A stretch of DNA of 64,000 nucleotides from Escherichia coli (GTDB taxonomy: Bacteria; Pseudomonadota; Gammaproteobacteria; Enterobacterales; Enterobacteriaceae), in assembly GCF_044647545.1 (NCBI RefSeq), contig NZ_CP172818.1. One strand, 5' to 3'. Below are positions 59,070-64,000 of the stretch, piece by piece (positions within the stretch are counted from its first letter, which is position 1; each line of letters opens with the position of its first letter). The notes beneath the pieces are model-generated. The model was not told where the DNA came from. It did no database searches and saw only the letters and a program-made list of their open reading frames with translations. A program made the position numbers and the translations under genes.

Positions 59070-60902
59070 TCAATGTTTCAACGACCAGAAGATCTTTTCT
59101 GCCAGACCTTGCGAAATACCCGGCACTTTTGCAATTTCCTCAACGCTGGCGTTACGTAAACCTTGCAAACCGCCCATATATTTCAACAACATTTGCCGAC
59201 GTTTTGGCCCGACGCCTTCAATGGTTTCCAGGGAACTGGTATTTTTGACCTTCGCCCGTTTCTTACGGTGCCCACCAATCGCGTGATCGTGAGATTCATC
59301 GCGAATATGCTGGATAACATGCAGCGCGGGAGAATCTGGCGGCAAACTGAATCCCTCACCTTCCGGCTCAAAGAACAGCGTTTCCAGCCCAGCTTTACGG
59401 TCTGCTCCTTTGGCAACGCCAAGTAGCAGCGGATGATTTTTATCCCATGAGACATCCAGTTCGGCGAAGACATTTTTCGCCTGCGCAAGCTGGCCTTTGC
59501 CGCCGTCGATAAGGATCACATCCGGGATCTTACTGTCGTCAATGGCTTTACCATAACGCCGACGCAGCACCTGATTCATCGCCGCATAATCATCGCCCGG
59601 CGTGATGCCAGTAATGTTATAGCGCCGATACTCCGCACGCAGCGGGCCGTTAGCATCAAACACCACACAGGAGGCGACGGTTTGTTCACCCATGGTATGG
59701 CTGATGTCAAAGCACTCCATCCGCTTCACTTCCGGCAATTTCAACACGCTGGCAAGCGCGGTCAGTCGCTGGTGAACGGTAGATTGCTGCGAAAGTTTGC
59801 TGGTTAAGGCCGTCGCCGCATTGGTGCGCGCGAGTTTCAGATAACGCGCCCTATCGCCGCGAGGTTTGGTTTGAACATTAATCTTGCGTCCCGCCAGTTC
59901 TGAAAGGGAATCGGCGAGCAGCGTTTTATCGCTAAGATTAAAATCGAGCAGGATCTCACCCGGTAAGGTGCGCATCTGGCTGCCTTGTAAATAGAACTGA
60001 CCTACGAAGGTTTCCACCACCTCGCTCAGTTCCGTACCGCCAGGCACTTTCGGGAAATAGCTACGGCTGCCGAGCACTTTGCCCTGACGAATGAACAATA
60101 CGTGGACACAAGCCATGCCCGCATCAAACGCCACACCAATAACGTCAAGGTCGTCGCCGGTATTGGACACAAACTGTTTTTCGGTGACGCGTCGCACCGC
60201 CTGAATTTGGTCGCGAATACGTGCCGCTTCTTCAAACTCCAGATTCTGGCTGGCAGTTTCCATACGGCTAATGAGTTGCGTAAGCACCTGATCATCTTTG
60301 CCAGACAAAAACAGGCGCACATACTCGACCTGCTGAGCGTATTCTTCTTCACTCACCAGTCCTTCAACGCACGGTCCCAGACAGCGCCCTATCTGATATT
60401 GCAGACACGGACGCGAGCGATTGCGATAAACACTATTTTCGCACTGGCGAATGGGGAATATCTTTTGCAGTAACGCCAGTGTTTCACGTACGGCATAGCC
60501 ATTCGGGAACGGGCCGAAATATTCACCTTTGGCATGCTTCGCACCACGATGCATCGCCAGACGCGGGTGGGTATCGCCACTCAGGAAGATAAAAGGATAA
60601 GATTTATCATCGCGTAGCAAAACGTTGTAACGCGGCTGATAGAGTTTGATGTAGTTGTGTTCCAGCAACAGCGCTTCGGTTTCTGTATGAGTAACCGTTA
60701 CATCAATTTGCTGGATCTGGGCGACCAGCGCTTCGGTTTTGCGCGAAGCGAGGTTGCTACGGAAATAGCTGGAAAGCCGTTTTTTCAGGTCTTTCGCTTT
60801 GCCGACATAGATAACCGTACCACCAGCATCGTACATGCGATAAACGCCTGGCTGGCTGGTTACGGTTTTTAAAAACGCTTTTGCGTCAAACTGATCACTC
60901 AC
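59070..60902 (-). CDS. uvrC: Excinuclease ABC subunit C, 610 aa
   Basis: [47 protein letters not shown]... GIY-YIG N-terminal domain. Confidence 0.97.
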
Positions 60903-61555
60903 TGACTTGATAATGTCTCCGCATTACACAGACCATGGCGAATTGCCAGGTGAGTCAGCTCAACATCGCCATGAATGTTTAGTTTACTGAACATACGATA
61001 GCGGTAGCTGTTCACCGTTTTCGGACTGAGATTGAGCTGTTCTGAGATCTCATTGACCTTCTGGCCCTTGGTGATCATCAGCATAATCTGCAATTCACGT
61101 TCAGACAAACTGGCAAATGGGCTTTCTGTTTTTTCTGGTTCGATCTGGCTTAACGCCATTTGTTGAGCGATGTCATAAGCAATGTAACGCTGCCCTGAAT
61201 AGACAGAACGGATCGCACTCACGACTTCCTGCGGAGCCGCGCCTTTGCTGAGGTAGCCCGCAGCACCGGCCTGCATGACTTTCGCTGGTAAAGGGTTTTC
61301 TGTATGGACAGTAAGCATGATGATTTTGACATCAGCTGTGGAACGCGCGATTTTACGCGTCGCCTCAAGACCGCCAATGCCCGGCATACTCATGTCCATT
61401 AGCACCACGTCAACGGCATTTGCCCGGCACCACTTAACGGCGTCTTCACCGCACGATGCCTCACCGACGACTTTTATACCCTTTATATCTTCCAGAATGC
61501 GTCGTATCCCTGCGCGCACCAGTTCGTGGTCATCAACAAGTAGAACGTTGATCAA
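60899..61555 (-). CDS. uvrY: Response regulator UvrY (BarA/UvrY two-component system), 218 aa
   Basis: [33 protein letters not shown]... receiver plus LuxR-type HTH; stop overlaps the uvrC start. Confidence 0.96.
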
Positions 61556-62013
61556 AGGAATATCTCCAGAAATAGGGATAACGCTACTGATAGTTAGTCA
61601 TTCGTATATTAGCGGTTTTTATTGCAACTTTGAAACGTTAAAAATGGTGGGTATTCGATTTTTCTCTCGTTTTTGTAAATTCGATTGTCCACAGTTATGG
61701 TCACGCCCGTCACCAACGGCTTCCGGGATCGTTTCACAGTAAGCCCTGCGATGAAATGTGACAAAAATTGACTTTATTCAGCAAAAATGAAAATCAGCCC
61801 GCTGAATATGTAACATTAATTAACCCGAACAATACGGGCAAAAAACATTCATGATAAAAATATTTATTGGTCATTATATTAACGTATTTTATAGTACTGT
61901 TGATATCACGCTCAAAAAACAACCACTGCTATTTTTAGCAAAGCTTATGGTATACTCCGCCGCCTTAACATTTTTCACCGCAAATTTTCATTGCAACATG
62001 ACGAGGAAAATAA

Positions 62014-62238
62014 ATGAGTACGCCTGATTTTTCTACTGCCGAGAATAATCAAGAACTGGCAAATGAAGTCTCCTGCCTGAAAGCGATGCTGACGCTGATG
62101 CTGCAGGCGATGGGACAAGCTGACGCGGGCCGCGTGATGTTAAAGATGGAAAAACAGCTTGCGCTGATCGAAGACGAAACCCAGGCTGCAGTATTTTCCA
62201 AAACGGTTAAGCAAATTAAACAAGCCTACCGTCAGTAA
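62014..62238 (+). CDS. yecF: Small protein YecF (DUF2594), 74 aa
   Basis: [51 protein letters not shown]... Confidence 0.85.
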
Positions 62239-62242
62239 TATA

Positions 62243-62278
62243 AAACCGGCTGAGAGCGTGTCTTTCAGCCGGTTTTTG
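62243..62278 (+). terminator. Terminator between convergent yecF and sdiA
   Basis: Hairpin aaaccggctga...tcagccggttt followed by tttt. Confidence 0.6.
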
Positions 62279-62304
62279 CATCTGGCACGCAGAAAGAAAA
62301 GCGA

Positions 62305-63027
62305 TCAAATTAAGCCAGTAGCGGCCGCGTAACAGGCCACCTGGGTCTTATTCGGTGCATTGATTTTTTTCTGCATGTTTTTCTGATGGAAATTGACCGT
62401 ATTCTCAGAGATTGACAAAATCATCGCTATCTCTGCTGATGTCTTCCCTTCCGCCGTCCATTTCAGAATTTCTTTTTCGCGCTTGCTGAAATTCATCTCT
62501 GGCGTCATCACTATTTCATCATTTAAACGCATTAGAGCCATCAGACTTTCGCGCACCAGTAACTGCATTTTTAATTGCAGTTCATCACTAAGAATGGGTA
62601 TTTCGCGCGTGCTGCAACGGGAAAAGGACAAAAAGCCCAGCGCCCGATTTGGCAGCATTAAATACTGAGTGACACCGCGGCGTAAACCATGTGCGCGCGC
62701 AGCTTCCCATAACGGCTGTGCTTCGCTGAATAAGTCATCATTCCACATTAAATGGCCCTGACTAAAGTTTTCAGGGTTCAGCACAGGATCAATTGCGAGA
62801 AAATTTTTTGCCTGATAATAACTAACCCACGACTCAGGGTAATTGGTGTAGAAAGCCACTTTAGGTCGCGTGAATGGTACCGGGTGGCGAACACATAACG
62901 AATAGTAATCGTACTCCAGCTGCTGAGCCTGAAGCTCTATTTCATGGTAGACCTCTTCTGCGGCCTCCATCCTCTGAAAACGCAACAGCATCGTGCGAAG
63001 CCAGCTGAAAAAATCCGTATCCTGCAT
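62305..63027 (-). CDS. sdiA: LuxR-family acyl-homoserine-lactone-responsive regulator SdiA, 240 aa
   Basis: MQDTDFFSWLRTMLLRFQRMEAAEEVYHEIELQAQQLEYDYYSLCVRHP... autoinducer-binding plus LuxR HTH domains; start at the internal ATG. Confidence 0.95.
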   Translation of the reverse strand: MQDTDFFSWLRTMLLRFQRMEAAEEVYHEIELQAQQLEYDYYSLCVRHPVPFTRPKVAFYTNYPESWVSYYQAKNFLAIDPVLNPENFSQGHLMWNDDLFSEAQPLWEAARAHGLRRGVTQYLMLPNRALGFLSFSRCSTREIPILSDELQLKMQLLVRESLMALMRLNDEIVMTPEMNFSKREKEILKWTAEGKTSAEIAMILSISENTVNFHQKNMQKKINAPNKTQVACYAAATGLI

Positions 63028-63256
63028 AGTAAACCGCAACGCCCCTGAGAGTGAGTATCATTTATAATGATAATTCAAACTATCACATAAATAAGATTTA
63101 TATATAATTTATATTATTCAGGCAATGAATTACTTTTGCAAGCCATCGCATTCTCTTATGTTATTAATGAGTTATGCTGATTTGTTAAGCAGTTTTATCA
63201 CGTTTGAAGTGGCGCACCGCCCCGACTGGTGAATCGTCGGGGCTGATTTTTTCTTA

Positions 63257-64000
63257 TTATTGCAGCAGAAACTTCTCCAGGAACTGGCGGGTGCGAGGCT
63301 GCTGAGGATCGGCAAATAACGCTTTTGCAGCCCCCTGCTCGACTATCCGCCCCTGGTCCATAAAGATCGCCCGGTCCGCAACATCCCGGGCAAAGCTCAT
63401 TTCGTGCGTCACAATCACCATTGTGCGCTTTTCCTGCGCCAGCTGGCGGATGGTGTTCAGGACTTCGCCCACCAGCTCTGGATCCAACGCCGACGTTGGC
63501 TCGTCAAACAAAATCACCTCAGGACGCATTGCCAGCGCACGCGCAATCGCAACTCGCTGCTGTTGACCGCCAGACAAACGACGTGGATAGCTGGTTTCTT
63601 TACCGGCCAGCCCAACTTTCGCTAACAGCTCGCGAGCGCGCGCCGTGGCCTCTTCTTTTGGTTCGCCTTTGACGATCACCGGACCTTCAATAATGTTTTC
63701 CAGCACCGTACGATGCGGAAACAAATTAAAGTTCTGGAAGACAAACCCGACGTGTTGACGCAACTGGCGAATCAGCGATTTTTGCTGACTTAATGAACGT
63801 GCAGTATCAATAGTGATATCGCCAACGGTGATGGTTCCCGCTTCCGGTTGTTCCAGCAGATTTATGCTGCGTAGCAACGTGGTTTTGCCGGAACCACTCG
63901 GACCGATAATTGCCACTACTTCGCCAGGCTTCACCTCAAGGTCGATACCGTGCAGCACCGTCTGACCGTGGAATTTTTTCACCAGGTTCTTAACTTCAAT
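63257..64000 (-). CDS. tcyN: Cystine ABC transporter ATP-binding protein, 5' end beyond the window
   Basis: Walker A GPSGSGKTT, signature LSGGQQQRV; minus-strand reading frame continues past position 64000. Confidence 0.9.
   Translation of the reverse strand: MEVKNLVKKFHGQTVLHGIDLEVKPGEVVAIIGPSGSGKTTLLRSINLLEQPEAGTITVGDITIDTARSLSQQKSLIRQLRQHVGFVFQNFNLFPHRTVLENIIEGPVIVKGEPKEEATARARELLAKVGLAGKETSYPRRLSGGQQQRVAIARALAMRPEVILFDEPTSALDPELVGEVLNTIRQLAQEKRTMVIVTHEMSFARDVADRAIFMDQGRIVEQGAAKALFADPQQPRTRQFLEKFLLQ

Noticed and set aside
63200-63256. Hairpin ccccgac...gtcgggg after tcyN, considered as a terminator
   Set aside because: The T-run is on the plus strand, where no gene is upstream, and the minus strand lacks a U-tract; the assignment is ambiguous, so it was not listed as a feature.

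Overview
The window reads as collinear Escherichia coli core chromosome (K-12-like gene order), identified by recognising the translated ORFs and conserved gene order from memory; no database search was possible. Content runs from eda/edd/zwf through znuACB, ruvABC, aspS, cmoAB, torYZ and argS, then the flagellar/chemotaxis block (flhEAB, cheZYBR, tap, tar, cheWA, motBA, flhCD), then otsBA, araFGH, the ferritins ftnB/ftnA, tyrP, a three-tRNA operon, pgsA, uvrC/uvrY, sdiA and the start of tcyN. I found no transposase, integrase, phage, CRISPR or defence-island signatures, so there is no evidence here for a novel multi-gene system. The one clearly unusual feature is a 43-nt uninterrupted poly(A)/poly(T) homopolymer in the cheZ-flhB intergenic region, which may be an artefact, an engineered insert or a real expansion of a terminator U-tract. 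Lesser observations are a G-depleted tract upstream of flhD with no IS element, an aspS-nudB junction that leaves no canonical ATG for nudB, and tightly convergent argS/flhE with no gene between them. Gene starts were corrected from the ORF track where the track over-extended the N-terminus.
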